Part shown: piece after piece, positions 9,612 through 20,135 of the stretch
Layout of the letters: each line of letters starts with the position of its first letter
Numbering within the stretch: position 1 is the first letter of the stretch
Assembly (NCBI GenBank): GCA_016708565.1
Contig: JADJFN010000001.1
Location: 732,863-796,862 of the forward strand
Length of the DNA: 64,000 bases
Direction of reading: 5' to 3'
From: Myxococcales bacterium
GTDB taxonomy: Bacteria > Myxococcota_A > Polyangia > Haliangiales > Haliangiaceae
The notes under the pieces: model-generated
Databases searched by the model: none
What the model saw: only the letters and a program-made list of their open reading frames with translations
Told to the model about the DNA's origin: nothing
Made by a program: the position numbers and the translations under genes

Positions 9612-12595
9612 CACCGGCCTCCCTTGGCCGCGTCGCCGACCAGCTGCATCTTCATCTCGCCGGCCGGGATCTCCATCGCGATCGTCCCGATGCCGATGCC
9701 GATGGCCGACAGCTCCACCGCGAGCGGCACCGCGGCGACGTTGGCCAGCGAGATCTGGATCCGGCCGTCGGCGGTGAAGGCGACCGGGCCGGCGACGTCG
9801 ACGGTGATGGGCTTGCTCGCCAGGTCGTGGCCGGCCAGCCCGGCGAGCAGCTTCATGCTGGGCGCGTCGAGGTACAGCGGCAGGCGGGCCCGCAGCGCGG
9901 CCTGGCCGTCGGCGCCGACGACGATGTGGCTCATCAGGGGTTGCCCGGCCGGCGTGCGCAGCCGCAACACCAGCTGCTGGGTGCGCTGGTCCGACAGCGT
10001 GCCGATCACCGCGACCGTCGCGTTCATGCTGAGCGACGTCCCGTACAAGATCTGCGGCGACAGCTCGACCGGGATGCAAGCGGCGACGGTGGCGCCGTCG
10101 ATCGTGCAGGCGTGCTGCAGCGTCCCCATCGTCACCGGCAGCGCGCCCGACAGGTACATGCAGGCCTCGCGGGCGGGCGTGCCCGGGACACAGTCGGGGC
10201 CGTTCAACGTCGCGCTGCGGACCATGCCGCTGGTGCCGACGATCCGCATCGCCGCGCGGTTGGTGCTGCTGGCCACCTCGCCCGCGTCGAGGACGCCGTT
10301 GCCGTTGCCGTCGGCGACCGGCCACGCGCGGGTGGTCATGGCGTAGCGATCGGCGCTGGCCGGCGCGGCGACGAACGGCAACACCAGGTCGGCGCCGCCG
10401 GCGTCGCCGCGGTCGGCCAGGCCGTCGAGGACGTCGCTGTTGAACGGCAGGCGGTTGCGCCCGCACAGCTCGCCGGCGTCGCAGTCGCCGTCGTCGCCGC
10501 CGTGGATCACGACCCGGTAGCGGGCGCCGGGCTCCCAGCCGCCGTCGGCGATGAAGCTCAGGCGGTCCTCGCCGACCACCAGCCGGCCGCGCGCCACGCC
10601 GGTGCAGGCGCCGCTCGGGTCCAGGCGCTCGACGCGCACGCTGCCGGTGCCGCACGCCGTGCCCAGCGTGACGGTGCCGCGATCGAGCGGCTGCTGGAAC
10701 GTGAGCTCGACCGGCAGGTCGGCCGCCAGCGCGAACGGCGCGTAGCGATCGTCGGACGACGCGCCGTCGCGGCACCGGCCGGGGCTGGTCGCGGTGGCGC
10801 CGTCGAGGGCGCACGGCACGCCGGGCCGCGCCGCGGCCAGCGCCAACGGCGCCGGGGCGCTGGTCGCCAGGTCGACGGTGCGGAAGCCGAGGCGGGTCGG
10901 CGCCGCGGCGGTGCCGGCCAGGTCGCGCACCATGCCGCTGACCTCGAGCGTGTAGGCGGCGCCGTACGCCAGCGGCTGGCGCGGCGTGACGATCAGCGTG
11001 CTGCCGTCGACCCGCACCCGCACCGGCACCGCGGCCGCGCCGGTCAGCGTGACCGCCCCGTCGCGCGTGGCCGCGGCGGCGTCGAGCCCCTCGGCGAACG
11101 TCACGCGCAGCGCGGCGTCGGCGGGGACGTCGCGAGCGCCGTCGGCCGGGAACGTCGACGTGACGCGCGGCGGGGCGTCGTCGCCCGGCGCGGCGCGCGC
11201 GGTGGTGGTGCTGAGCCGCAGCACCATGTTCGACGTCGCGCGATCGAGGCCGAGCAGGTCGAGGTCGAGGCCGCCGACGCTGTCGATCTCCAGTCCGCCG
11301 TCGTAGATGCGGGCCAGGCCGGTCGCCTGCACGCCGAGCACCTGCTGGTTCAGCGCGGCGTTGCCGACGGCGTCGGACGCGGTCACGACGACGTCGAACG
11401 CGAGGTAGGCCGCGACCGGCGCGAGTTCGTCGTCGGGGAGCCGCGCGGGATCGCGGAACGGGTTGCGCGCCAGATAGACGGTGGCGTCGGCGGCCATCTG
11501 GACCTGCAGCGGGCCGGTGGTGAGCGGCGTGGCGATCTCGCCGCCGAGCTTCACCGGCAAGGGTTGCATCGTCAGGCGTTGGCCCTTGCGCAGGGTCAGC
11601 GGGATGAGCGGCCCGAACCCGGCCGGGTTGGCCATCACCGCGGCGAGCGTGTTGTCGACCATCGCGATCGTTGCGTCGCCGATCAGCGGCGCGGTCAGCT
11701 CGACCTGGTTGATGAAGCCGCCGGCGGCGTACGACGGCTCGCGGCCGGGGATGCACGCCAGCACCTGCGCGAGCTCGCGGCCCCCGACCCGCGACGGCAG
11801 CGGCGCCAGCTCGAACGCCACCGGCGCCAGCGCGTCGCCGCTCAGATCGTGCAGCCCCGCGCCGAGCTCGAGCCGGTAGCGCGGGCTGTTGGTCAGGTCG
11901 GCGACCGGATCGATCGTGAGGTGCGGCCCCTGGGTCAGCAGCGCGGCCTCGACCAGCGCGCCGTCGGCGTCGACCAGCCGGACGGTGTCGCCGTAGACGG
12001 CGGTGGCGGGATCGAGCGGCTCGCTGAGCGCGACGCGGATCGTCGTGAAGTCGACGAACGGGAAGCGCGGCGTCGCGCCGCTGCCGGCGACGTACGCGGC
12101 CGGGTCGTCGCCGTTGACGGCGATCACCGTCGGGGCGCGGCCGCCCAGCGACGTCGGGTTGCCGGCGGTGAACCGCACGAGCGGCGCCGCCGCGTCGAGG
12201 TTCGTCGCCTTGCCCCACAGCACCGCCGGTCGGACGAACACCTCGTACGTCGCGCCAGCCTCCCAGGCCGCGCTCTCCAGGAGCACCACGTTGTCCTTGG
12301 GCCCGGCGACCAGCACCGGCGTCGCCACCAGGCCGCCCGGGCCACGGACGCAGAACGCACCGACGACGCCGCCGTCGGCGCCGAGCGAGCACCCCGCCGT
12401 CACCGCCGCCACGTCGACCGGGTCGGTGAAGCTCACGACCAGCCGGGCGCCCAGCGGGACGTCGCGCTGGCCGTCGTGGGGATAGCTGAAGATCACGCCC
12501 GGCTCGCTGGTCAGCGGCGGCGGGCCGTCCTCCCCGACCTCGCAGCCGGCGGTGGCGATCAGGACGGCAGGCCAGAGACGACGCCAGTGGACCAT
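9611..12595 (-). CDS. large surface lipoprotein with tandem bacterial Ig-like (SbsA-type) domains
   Basis: Signal plus lipobox MVHWRRLWPAVLIATAGC; repeated Ig-like modules (...RDVPLGARLVVSFTDPVDVAAV..., ...RDVPADAALRVTFAEGLD...); stop overlaps the start of the beta-barrel gene. Confidence 0.7.
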   Translation of the reverse strand: MVHWRRLWPAVLIATAGCEVGEDGPPPLTSEPGVIFSYPHDGQRDVPLGARLVVSFTDPVDVAAVTAGCSLGADGGVVGAFCVRGPGGLVATPVLVAGPKDNVVLLESAAWEAGATYEVFVRPAVLWGKATNLDAAAPLVRFTAGNPTSLGGRAPTVIAVNGDDPAAYVAGSGATPRFPFVDFTTIRVALSEPLDPATAVYGDTVRLVDADGALVEAALLTQGPHLTIDPVADLTNSPRYRLELGAGLHDLSGDALAPVAFELAPLPSRVGGRELAQVLACIPGREPSYAAGGFINQVELTAPLIGDATIAMVDNTLAAVMANPAGFGPLIPLTLRKGQRLTMQPLPVKLGGEIATPLTTGPLQVQMAADATVYLARNPFRDPARLPDDELAPVAAYLAFDVVVTASDAVGNAALNQQVLGVQATGLARIYDGGLEIDSVGGLDLDLLGLDRATSNMVLRLSTTTARAAPGDDAPPRVTSTFPADGARDVPADAALRVTFAEGLDAAAATRDGAVTLTGAAAVPVRVRVDGSTLIVTPRQPLAYGAAYTLEVSGMVRDLAGTAAAPTRLGFRTVDLATSAPAPLALAAARPGVPCALDGATATSPGRCRDGASSDDRYAPFALAADLPVELTFQQPLDRGTVTLGTACGTGSVRVERLDPSGACTGVARGRLVVGEDRLSFIADGGWEPGARYRVVIHGGDDGDCDAGELCGRNRLPFNSDVLDGLADRGDAGGADLVLPFVAAPASADRYAMTTRAWPVADGNGNGVLDAGEVASSTNRAAMRIVGTSGMVRSATLNGPDCVPGTPAREACMYLSGALPVTMGTLQHACTIDGATVAACIPVELSPQILYGTSLSMNATVAVIGTLSDQRTQQLVLRLRTPAGQPLMSHIVVGADGQAALRARLPLYLDAPSMKLLAGLAGHDLASKPITVDVAGPVAFTADGRIQISLANVAAVPLAVELSAIGIGIGTIAMEIPAGEMKMQLVGDAAKGGR

Positions 12596-12814
12596 GACGC
12601 TCCTCGAGGCAGACGCGCAGCGGCGCGACCGGATCGTCGCGAGGTGCCGCCGCCGCCACGGGCGGTCATTGCACGGCCCGATCCAGCCGACCGCAGGGCG
12701 CCGGCCGCCGTGTTCCAGGCGGTTGCGCGCGGTGGGAACTACCGTGCGGGGAGTGGCGTCCGGGCGCTGAGGACTTGGCCCCCCATGGCGTCAGTTGCCC
12801 CCAGCGTCGCGCGG

Positions 12815-13603
12815 TCAGCGCCGGGCGCCGCTGAGCCAGTCGCGGCACAGATCGATCGCGGCCTGGCCGGCGATCGCGCGCAGCAGCCGCGCGGCGCGGG
12901 GATCGGCGAGCCGACGGTAGATCGGGGTCGCGTGGTCACCCGGCGCCGACGGCGCGCGGCGCGCGCGCGCGACGCTCCGGTGGAGGCCTGCGTTCCAGGC
13001 CCGCACGCAGGCCGGTCGATCCCGCGCGTCGATCGGGTTCGGCGTTGGCTGCGCCGGCGCCCCAGGTTCGCCGGCGCGCGCGAACAGCGGCGCCGCTTCC
13101 GCCGCGTGCCCGAGCGCCACCAGCCGCGCGGCGAGCGCCGACGTCGCGTGCCGCGCCTCCTCGCCCCAGCTCGCTGCGCGCATGCGCTCGACGATGGCGA
13201 CCGCGCGCCGGGTCTGCGCCAGCGACAGCGCGCCGGCCACGTCGCAGAACGGGCCGGCGTCGTTGCCGGGCCCGAGCGGCGTCGGGATCAGCCGCTCGAA
13301 GGCGTCGATCGCCAGGTCGAGGACGCGCGCGCGCTCGGCGCGCGGGAGCCGCGGGGCCCACCACCCGAGGCGCCAGCCGGCGAAGTCGCTCGGGGTCGCC
13401 AGCTCGCGCGCGATCTCGGCCCGCGTCCACGCCGCGTCCCAGAGCCCCTCGGGGATCCACCCGCGCGGCACCGGCGCGAACAGCGCCATCGCACGCACGG
13501 CGCGGAGCTGTCGATCGAGCGCGTCCAGGCGGGCCCGCGCGCGCACGGCGCCCGCCAGGTCGCGCGACGCGCGGCGCAGTTCCTCGACGTGGGCGGCCGC
13601 CAC
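12815..13603 (-). CDS. hypothetical protein
   Basis: ORF 12815..13705 trimmed to a GTG (VAAAHVEEL...) that avoids overlap with the upstream gene; the start is uncertain. Confidence 0.4.
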   Translation of the reverse strand: MAAAHVEELRRASRDLAGAVRARARLDALDRQLRAVRAMALFAPVPRGWIPEGLWDAAWTRAEIARELATPSDFAGWRLGWWAPRLPRAERARVLDLAIDAFERLIPTPLGPGNDAGPFCDVAGALSLAQTRRAVAIVERMRAASWGEEARHATSALAARLVALGHAAEAAPLFARAGEPGAPAQPTPNPIDARDRPACVRAWNAGLHRSVARARRAPSAPGDHATPIYRRLADPRAARLLRAIAGQAAIDLCRDWLSGARR

Positions 13604-13610
13604 GGGGGAG

Positions 13611-14111
13611 TCAGTCGCTCTCGATGACGCCGAGGTAGCCGGCGCGGCTGTGGTCGACGACGGCGACCCCGCGCTGGAAGACGTGGGCAGGATCGCCGAG
13701 CCCAAGGCCGATGAAGCAGCGCGCCGACGGCGAGAACAGCGCCCGGAATTGCGTCCACAGCGACGCTGCGGTCGCCGGCGCGATCGTGTCGCGGGCGTGG
13801 CCCACGTCGGCGCCGCCGACCAGCATCGCGACCGCGTGCGCGGCGGCGGTGGCCTCGTCGACCTGGCAGTCGGCGCCGGGGTCGGCCGGGCGCTCGCTCG
13901 GTGGCGGCCAGGGTTGGTCGTCGAGCTGTTCGAACAGCCGGTCGAGGCGGGGCGCGTCGTCGACGCCGGCGACCGGGTCGGCGGCGATCAGCCGGGTCAG
14001 GTAGTAGCCGTGCATCCGTGGGGCCTGCGCGAGCAGCGCGCGGATCGCGGCGAGCGCAGGCGCGTCGAGCTCATCGAGGCGTGGGGCGGCGGTCGGCGCG
14101 TTGCGCGACAT
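13611..14111 (-). CDS. hypothetical protein
   Basis: 166 aa, non-repetitive, lying 6 nt downstream of the TetR gene on the same strand. Confidence 0.5.
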   Translation of the reverse strand: MSRNAPTAAPRLDELDAPALAAIRALLAQAPRMHGYYLTRLIAADPVAGVDDAPRLDRLFEQLDDQPWPPPSERPADPGADCQVDEATAAAHAVAMLVGGADVGHARDTIAPATAASLWTQFRALFSPSARCFIGLGLGDPAHVFQRGVAVVDHSRAGYLGVIESD

Positions 14112-14117
14112 GGCGTC

Positions 14118-14732
14118 CTACGGCGCCTCAGGGCCGATGCCGAGCGTCTGCACGACGCACCGGGACACCTGCGCGATCAGGCGGTCCTCGGGCGGCCCGA
14201 GATCGGGGAACATCAGCGACACCAGCACGGCGCCACGCACCGCCGCGAACGCGACGTAGACCCGCTCCTCGAGATCGGGCGGGCGGACCGGCAGGCTCCG
14301 CTCGAGGTAGCGGACGACCTCGCTCAGGATCTCGCGGTAGGCGGCCTCGGCGACGTCGCGCGACCACTCGAGCGGCACGTCGAAGGTGAGGCGGCGGCGA
14401 TGCGCGATCGGGAGCCGAGGCTCGGTGAGCACGACGCGGCAGATCTCGAGGGTCGCCTCGGCCACCGGCAGGTCCGGGCGGCTGGTGATCTCGCGGACCT
14501 GCCGCAGCAGCGTCCGGTACATCTCGCGCGAGACCTCGGCGAACAGCGCGGCCGTGGTCGGGAAGTAGCGGTGCAGCGAGGCGACGCCGACCCCCGCGCG
14601 CTCGGCGATCGCCGCCAGCGGCGTGTCGGGGCCCAGCTCGATCGCCGCGGCGATCACTGCCGACACGATCTGCTGCGAGTCGGACCGCCGGGGTGCGGGC
14701 GCGGGCGGGCGCTTGATCAACGAGCGAGCCAA
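14118..14732 (-). CDS. TetR/AcrR family transcriptional regulator
   Basis: N-terminal HTH LAAIAERAGVGVASLHRYFPTTAALFAEV. Confidence 0.8.
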   Translation of the reverse strand: MARSLIKRPPAPAPRRSDSQQIVSAVIAAAIELGPDTPLAAIAERAGVGVASLHRYFPTTAALFAEVSREMYRTLLRQVREITSRPDLPVAEATLEICRVVLTEPRLPIAHRRRLTFDVPLEWSRDVAEAAYREILSEVVRYLERSLPVRPPDLEERVYVAFAAVRGAVLVSLMFPDLGPPEDRLIAQVSRCVVQTLGIGPEAP

Positions 14733-14782
14733 CGCCCGACGCTATCATGGCGGGCGCGCGCGCCGCGTCGTCGCGCGCGACG

Positions 14783-16144
14783 CTACGGCGGCGGGGGACA
14801 GGTCGTGGCCTGATCGCCGACGTTGGCGACCGCGCCGATCGCGGTGACGGCTTCGTGGAACAGCGCGATCGGCGCGCTGGTCGCCAGGGTGGCCGCGGTC
14901 GCGGCCATCGTGGCGGGCGCTCGCGCCACCGTGAACGGCACGCCACAGGTCGCGGTGGCGTCCTCGCCGAGCGGGATCGCGCGCGCGCTGGTGCCCACGC
15001 GGCCGACCAGGTACGGCACCGCGTCGCCGAGCCCGAGCGGCAGCGGCGCGCGCAACGGCTGCGACGGCGTGAGCCCGGCGAGGTCGGTGCCGGTGACGCA
15101 GTCGCCGGCGAGGGTCGCGACGAACACGCCGGTGCCGGTCGCGCCGGCGAGCCAGGTGGTCGCGCCGCGACGGTCGACGCGGTGCAGCGGCCGGAGCGGC
15201 ACGCGCCACGACGCGTGGAGTTGCCCGACGCTGTCGAAGCGGAGCAAGACGCCGTCGGCGCCGGCGTTGCCGGCCACCCACAGGCTCTCGTCGAACCACG
15301 CCGCGTCGAACACCTCCATCGGCACCGTCACCGCCCAGCTCGCGTCGCCGTCCCCGGGCGCGCTGTCGATCCGCGCGACGAAGGCGGTCTCGGTGCCTCC
15401 GCCGACCTGGCCCACCACGAACGGCGCGAAGCTGTCGCCCGGCGCATCGACGACGCGCCGGGGCAACGGCCGGCCCCCGTCGATCGTGAAGCCGATCCCC
15501 GGCAGGTTGGTCGCGGCCGGGGCCAGCCGCGCGAGCAGGCCGTCGCCGTCGCCCGCCGTCCCCGCGAGCCACCACTCACCGGCGGTCGCGACGGCGACCG
15601 CGCGGATCTGGATCGCCATCCCCGCCCGCAACCGGCGGCTGGTCATCGCGCCGGCCGGGTCGATCCGGAGCAGCAGGCCCTCGTCGAGGCCCGAGGTCTG
15701 GAACGACCGGGTCACGCCGCCAGCCAGGAGCTCGGTGCCGGTGCTCGCGACCGCCCACAGTTGATCGTTCGCGTCGCCGCCGATGGAGCGCGTCGCCCAG
15801 GTCGCGCCGCTGGTGGCGGGCAACGCGATCGCCGCGAGCGCGCCGTCGGTGCCACGGCTGTCGTGCGTGCCGACCAGGAACACGCGGCTCCCGAACCTGG
15901 CCGCCCCGGCCACGCCCCGCGCGAACACGCCGTCGATCGCCGCGCTGCCGGCGACGTCCGCGGCGACGACGGGCTCGCACGCCTCCGCACCGTCGATCGG
16001 ATCGATCGACGCGTCGCCCTGCAGCGCGACCGGATCGAGCCCGAACGCCTGGTTGCACGCGCCGGCGAGCCACGCCGCGCAGGCGATCGCGACGCGCAGC
16101 GAGGAGCGAGGGGGCGGTGGCGTTTGGACGGTTGCGGCGACCAT
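14783..16144 (-). CDS. lipoprotein, hypothetical (beta-propeller-like)
   Basis: Signal plus lipobox LRVAIACAAWLAGAC; repeated ...LLAG/WVAG... strands. Confidence 0.55.
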   Translation of the reverse strand: MVAATVQTPPPPRSSLRVAIACAAWLAGACNQAFGLDPVALQGDASIDPIDGAEACEPVVAADVAGSAAIDGVFARGVAGAARFGSRVFLVGTHDSRGTDGALAAIALPATSGATWATRSIGGDANDQLWAVASTGTELLAGGVTRSFQTSGLDEGLLLRIDPAGAMTSRRLRAGMAIQIRAVAVATAGEWWLAGTAGDGDGLLARLAPAATNLPGIGFTIDGGRPLPRRVVDAPGDSFAPFVVGQVGGGTETAFVARIDSAPGDGDASWAVTVPMEVFDAAWFDESLWVAGNAGADGVLLRFDSVGQLHASWRVPLRPLHRVDRRGATTWLAGATGTGVFVATLAGDCVTGTDLAGLTPSQPLRAPLPLGLGDAVPYLVGRVGTSARAIPLGEDATATCGVPFTVARAPATMAATAATLATSAPIALFHEAVTAIGAVANVGDQATTCPPPP

Positions 16145-16333
16145 GGTGGCGGCGCCTCGCGCGGTGATCCGCGCGGTGGCCCGGCCCGCACGTTAGCCGC
16201 GCGGCCCGCGCCGCTCTACTCCTCTCGCCGAGCGCGCAACGCGCGAAGATCGTTGCCGTTGCGCAGCGTGGCCTCGTGCACGACTCCGCTGCCGCGCCGC
16301 GCCGATCAGCCGCGCCGCGGGATATCCTCGGGC

Positions 16334-17263
16334 GTGGCCAAGCCGCTCGCAGGGAAGGTCGCCGTCGTCGCCGGAGCCACCCGCGGCGCCGGGCGTGGCA
16401 TCGCCACCGCGCTCGGCGAGGCCGGCGCCACGGTCTATTGCACCGGGCGCAGCGTCGCCGGCGCGCCGGGCATGCAGGGCCGCCCCGAGACCATCGACGA
16501 GACCGCGGCGATCGTCACCGCCCGCGGCGGCCACGGCATCGCGGTGCGCGTGGATCACACGGTGCCGGCCGAAGCCGCCGGCCTGTTCGAGCGGGTCGGC
16601 GCGTTCGACATCCTGGTGAACGACATCTGGGGCGGCGACGACCTGGTCGAGTGGGGCAAGCGGCTGTGGGAGACCAAGCTCGACGACGGGCTCACGCTGA
16701 TCGATCGCGCGATCAAGAGCCACGTCATCACCAGCTACCACGGCCTGCCGCGGCTCCGGCGCGGCGGCGTGGTCTTCGAGATCACCGACGGCGACGCGTA
16801 CTTCTACCGCGGCCACTTCTTCTACGACCTCGTGAAGACGACGGTCATCCGCATGGCGTTCGCGCTGTCGCAGGAGCTGCAGGGGCGCGACGTCACGGCG
16901 CTCGCGGTGACGCCCGGCTTCCTGCGGTCGGAGTGGATGCTCGATCACTTCGGTGTCACCGAGGCCACCTGGCGCGACGCCGCGGTCAAGGTCCCGGAGT
17001 TCATCGCCTCGGAGACCCCGCTGTTCGTCGGGCGGTGCGTCGCCGCGCTGGCGGCCGATCCTGCGATCGCCGCCCGGAACGGCCGGGTCTACGCGTCGTG
17101 GGACCTCGCCGAGGAGTACGGGGTCGACGACGCCGACGGCTCGCGGCCGCACTTCGTGCGCTGGCTCCGCGAGCACATGCCCGCGGTCGCCGCCGGCTGG
17201 AAGAAGGCCGACGACGGCTTCTACGCCTACTGGGGCAAGATGCCGTACGCCACGCCGACGTAG
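16334..17263 (+). CDS. SDR family oxidoreductase
   Basis: GTG start; Rossmann motif GKVAVVAGATRGAGRGIATALGEAGATVYCTGR. Confidence 0.8.
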   Translation: MAKPLAGKVAVVAGATRGAGRGIATALGEAGATVYCTGRSVAGAPGMQGRPETIDETAAIVTARGGHGIAVRVDHTVPAEAAGLFERVGAFDILVNDIWGGDDLVEWGKRLWETKLDDGLTLIDRAIKSHVITSYHGLPRLRRGGVVFEITDGDAYFYRGHFFYDLVKTTVIRMAFALSQELQGRDVTALAVTPGFLRSEWMLDHFGVTEATWRDAAVKVPEFIASETPLFVGRCVAALAADPAIAARNGRVYASWDLAEEYGVDDADGSRPHFVRWLREHMPAVAAGWKKADDGFYAYWGKMPYATPT

Positions 17264-17293
17264 CCGCGCGCGCGACCGTCGACCGTCCGCGGC

Positions 17294-17503
17294 TCAGGCG
17301 ATCTTGACGACGTTCTCGGCGGCCGGCCCCTTGGCGCCCGACACGATGTCGAACTCGACGCGCTCACCCTCGGCCAGGCTCTTGAAGCCCGTCGCCTGGA
17401 TCGCCGAGTGGTGCACGAAGCAATCCTTCGAGCCGTCCTCCGGCGTGATGAACCCAAAGCCCTTGGTGTCGTTGAACCACTTCACTCGTCCGGTGGTGCG
17501 CAT
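17294..17503 (-). CDS. cold-shock protein (CspA family)
   Basis: 69 aa, [35 protein letters not shown], with RNP1 and RNP2 motifs. Confidence 0.9.
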   Translation of the reverse strand: MRTTGRVKWFNDTKGFGFITPEDGSKDCFVHHSAIQATGFKSLAEGERVEFDIVSGAKGPAAENVVKIA

Positions 17504-17573
17504 GCCGTACTCTCGTCGCTCCGGCGGCGTTTGCCCAGCGCCCGCGGCACCAAGTCGACGCAGTCGCGCCGCG

Positions 17574-19799
17574 CTACCCGGCCGCGAGGTCGCCGGTGGC
17601 CCAGCCGGTGAAGACCCGCGCGCCGGCGGCGGCGAACGCGGGGTCGTCCGACGCGACGCCCGCCGCGGCCAGCTCGAGCCCGCGCAGGTACGGCGCCAGG
17701 CGTGCGGCGAGCCCGCCGTCGACCGTCGCGACCTGCGCGCGGGCCCACGGGCCGAAAGCCGCCGCGCGATCGGACAGCGCCAGGTAGAACACCAGCTGCC
17801 GCCAGGCGTACGCGGCGTTCTTGCGGCGGATCAACGCCTCGTGACGGGTCCGGGTCGGGATGCGCAGCTCGCGGACGATCCAGCGCCACGTCCGCTCGGC
17901 GAGCGCGCCGAGCTCCGGCGCCAGCGCCGCTCGCGCCGCCGGCTGCGCGAACACCAGCGCCAGGTTGTGGGTCGTGAGGATCTGGCTCTGCTCGATGATC
18001 GCGCCGTTGCCCGCGACGCCGCTGAGCGACGGCGCGATCCGCGCGGCGCGGTCGCGGCACAGCGCGGCAAACGCGTCGGCGAGGCGGCCCGAGGTCGGCA
18101 AGGTCGCGACCGCGCGCGCGTCGATCGCGAAGTAGCGCGCGTACAGCGTGCCGGTGAACACCTCCGCCGCCAGGCGGGCCGACTTCGCGAACTTCTCGGT
18201 GAACGAGCCCATGAAGATGTCGGCCGCCAGCTCTTCGACGAACGGCGGCCGGGTCGGCGCGGTGCCCGCGAGCGCGGCGAGCTCGACGATCAGCTTGTTG
18301 GGCATGATCGTGTGCGGGAAGCCGCGCACCGCCGCGGCGCCGACCTGGCTGAACACCGCGGTCGCGACGTCGTGGAGCGCCGCCGGCTCGCCCGCGCGTG
18401 CCACCAGGGTCGCGATCCACGGCACCTCCTCGAGCCGCACCTGGTGCTGGTAGTGCAGGAGCAGGAGCCCGCGGCGGGCCCGGAACGCGGCGTACAGCGC
18501 GGTGTAAAGCGCGCGCGCCGTCGGATCGGCGAACGCCACGGCGCGGACCTGCGCGGTCACCTGCTGGACGACCCGCGCGAGCTCCTCGGCCGACGGGATC
18601 ACGCCGCGATCGACCAGGGTATCGAGCGGCGCGTCCCAGCTCCGCGCGACCTTGGCGGCGAAGTAGCTCGGCAGCGCCGCGCCGGGCGGCACGCGGAAGC
18701 GCGCGGCCTCGGTGGCGTCGAGCGGGGCCATCACGTCCTCGAGCGCGAGCCCGCCGTCGCGGGGCAGGGCGCTCAGCCGGTCCACCAGCGCGCGGCGCAG
18801 CGTCTTGTGCAACGGCGCGGCCACCGCGCGGGCCTCGTCGGCGCGGCGCGCGGCCAGCGCCGCGCTCCCCGGGGCGCCGTGGGCGGTCACGTAGCAGGCC
18901 AGCGCCCGCCGGAGCGACGCGTCCGCGGCCAGCGCGTCGCGATCGTCCGCGCCGCGGGCCAGCCGGTCGACCACGCCGGCGACCTCGCGCGCCCGCCGCG
19001 TCGGCGGCGCGCCCGCGCGCCGGACCTCGGCCGCCAGCGCCGCTACCTCGGCGTCCCAGCCGGTGGGGCGTCGGCCGCCGAGCGCGGCGCCGTGGACCGC
19101 GCCGTCGACCAGCCGCGGCAGCGGGCCGTCGACGGTCGCGGCCAGGAGCGCCATGGCGCGATCGCGGAGCGGCGTCCACACCTGCAGCGCGGCGTGCTGG
19201 GCTTCGAGGCGGGTCTGGCGGCGCGCGACGTCGAGCCCGTCCACCGTCGGGCCGACGTCCTGCAACCGCACGCCGCGGGCCAGCGGGCGCGGGCCGTCGG
19301 CCGGGCGCGGATAGAACCGCAGCGCGTGCATCCACGGCGCGAGGATCGCCAGGAGCGGGCCGCTGCCGTCGAGCCCGTGGGCCCGCAGCCACGCCACGAC
19401 CAAGAGCGCGCCCTCCTCGGGCACGTCGATGCGATACGCGCCGCTGGCCAGGAGCTCGGCTGCGCGCCCCTCGAGGTGCGCCAGGTTGAGCGCGAGCCGG
19501 GTCGCCGGCACGCGCAGCGCGGCGGCCAGCGCGACCTCCCACGGCGCCAGCGGGCCGCCCGCGTGGTAGCCGCCGGTCGCGAAGCCGCCGGTGACGACCT
19601 CGAGCGTGACCCACGCCGGCGCCGCGGTCGGCGTGCGCGAGCCGACCGCGATCGACCCGTCGCGCATCCCGGCCAGCACCGCGCGCCAGCGCGCGACCTC
19701 GGCCGCGGCCCGGTCGCGCACCGCCGGATCGGCGTGCGCGCTGCTGGTCCGCTCGGCAGCGACCAGCTGACTCCATGCGTATTCGATGCTCACGTCCAT
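17574..19799 (-). CDS. hypothetical protein (741 aa)
   Basis: Long non-repetitive ORF; the overlapping 789-aa ORF in another frame is Arg/Gly-rich noise. Confidence 0.55.
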   Translation of the reverse strand: MDVSIEYAWSQLVAAERTSSAHADPAVRDRAAAEVARWRAVLAGMRDGSIAVGSRTPTAAPAWVTLEVVTGGFATGGYHAGGPLAPWEVALAAALRVPATRLALNLAHLEGRAAELLASGAYRIDVPEEGALLVVAWLRAHGLDGSGPLLAILAPWMHALRFYPRPADGPRPLARGVRLQDVGPTVDGLDVARRQTRLEAQHAALQVWTPLRDRAMALLAATVDGPLPRLVDGAVHGAALGGRRPTGWDAEVAALAAEVRRAGAPPTRRAREVAGVVDRLARGADDRDALAADASLRRALACYVTAHGAPGSAALAARRADEARAVAAPLHKTLRRALVDRLSALPRDGGLALEDVMAPLDATEAARFRVPPGAALPSYFAAKVARSWDAPLDTLVDRGVIPSAEELARVVQQVTAQVRAVAFADPTARALYTALYAAFRARRGLLLLHYQHQVRLEEVPWIATLVARAGEPAALHDVATAVFSQVGAAAVRGFPHTIMPNKLIVELAALAGTAPTRPPFVEELAADIFMGSFTEKFAKSARLAAEVFTGTLYARYFAIDARAVATLPTSGRLADAFAALCRDRAARIAPSLSGVAGNGAIIEQSQILTTHNLALVFAQPAARAALAPELGALAERTWRWIVRELRIPTRTRHEALIRRKNAAYAWRQLVFYLALSDRAAAFGPWARAQVATVDGGLAARLAPYLRGLELAAAGVASDDPAFAAAGARVFTGWATGDLAAG

Positions 19800-20135
19800 G
19801 ACAGGCCTCGACCTGGTGGCACGACTTGCACGTGCGCCCGCCCGGTATCAAGCCGGGTGCTCTGCTGCTGAGCTACACCAGGGCACGAGGCTGTGGCCTC
19901 GCGATCCGCGCGCGGTGGCTGCCCCGCAGCCACACCACGCACCGATGCACGCTAGCTAACACGACGCCCGGCGCGCACGCGAGCGAAATCGCCGCGCCGG
20001 TCGCCGGTGGCGCGTCGCGGCAGAAGGCGGCAGCGGTGGGCGCGGCGCGGGACGAACGGCCGGCCGGCACTCCATCCACGCGTCGACGGCGGGCCCGGGG
20101 AATGGACCTCGGGCCACGCCGCCTTGGAGCCACCC

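Noticed and set aside
8682-12659. The 1325-aa ORF as a single gene.
   Set aside because: Only its last 309 codons (8682..9611), which begin with a clean signal peptide, look like a protein. The upstream portion is Arg/Gly-rich and overlaps the real Ig-domain lipoprotein gene in another frame.
9827-13627. Very long Arg/Gly/Asp-rich ORFs in the six-frame track. Examples: 9827..13627 +, 3074..4192 -, 14747..16300 + (N-terminal part), 17482..19851 -, 22275..24452 +, 34397..37036 -, 37275..39572 -, 38606..40303 +, 43408..44892 -, 46599..48227 -, 48924..51971 +.
   Set aside because: They lie antisense or out of frame to well-supported genes and have the monotonous R/G/A/D composition expected from open frames in ~70% GC DNA. 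They have no signal peptides or recognisable motifs.
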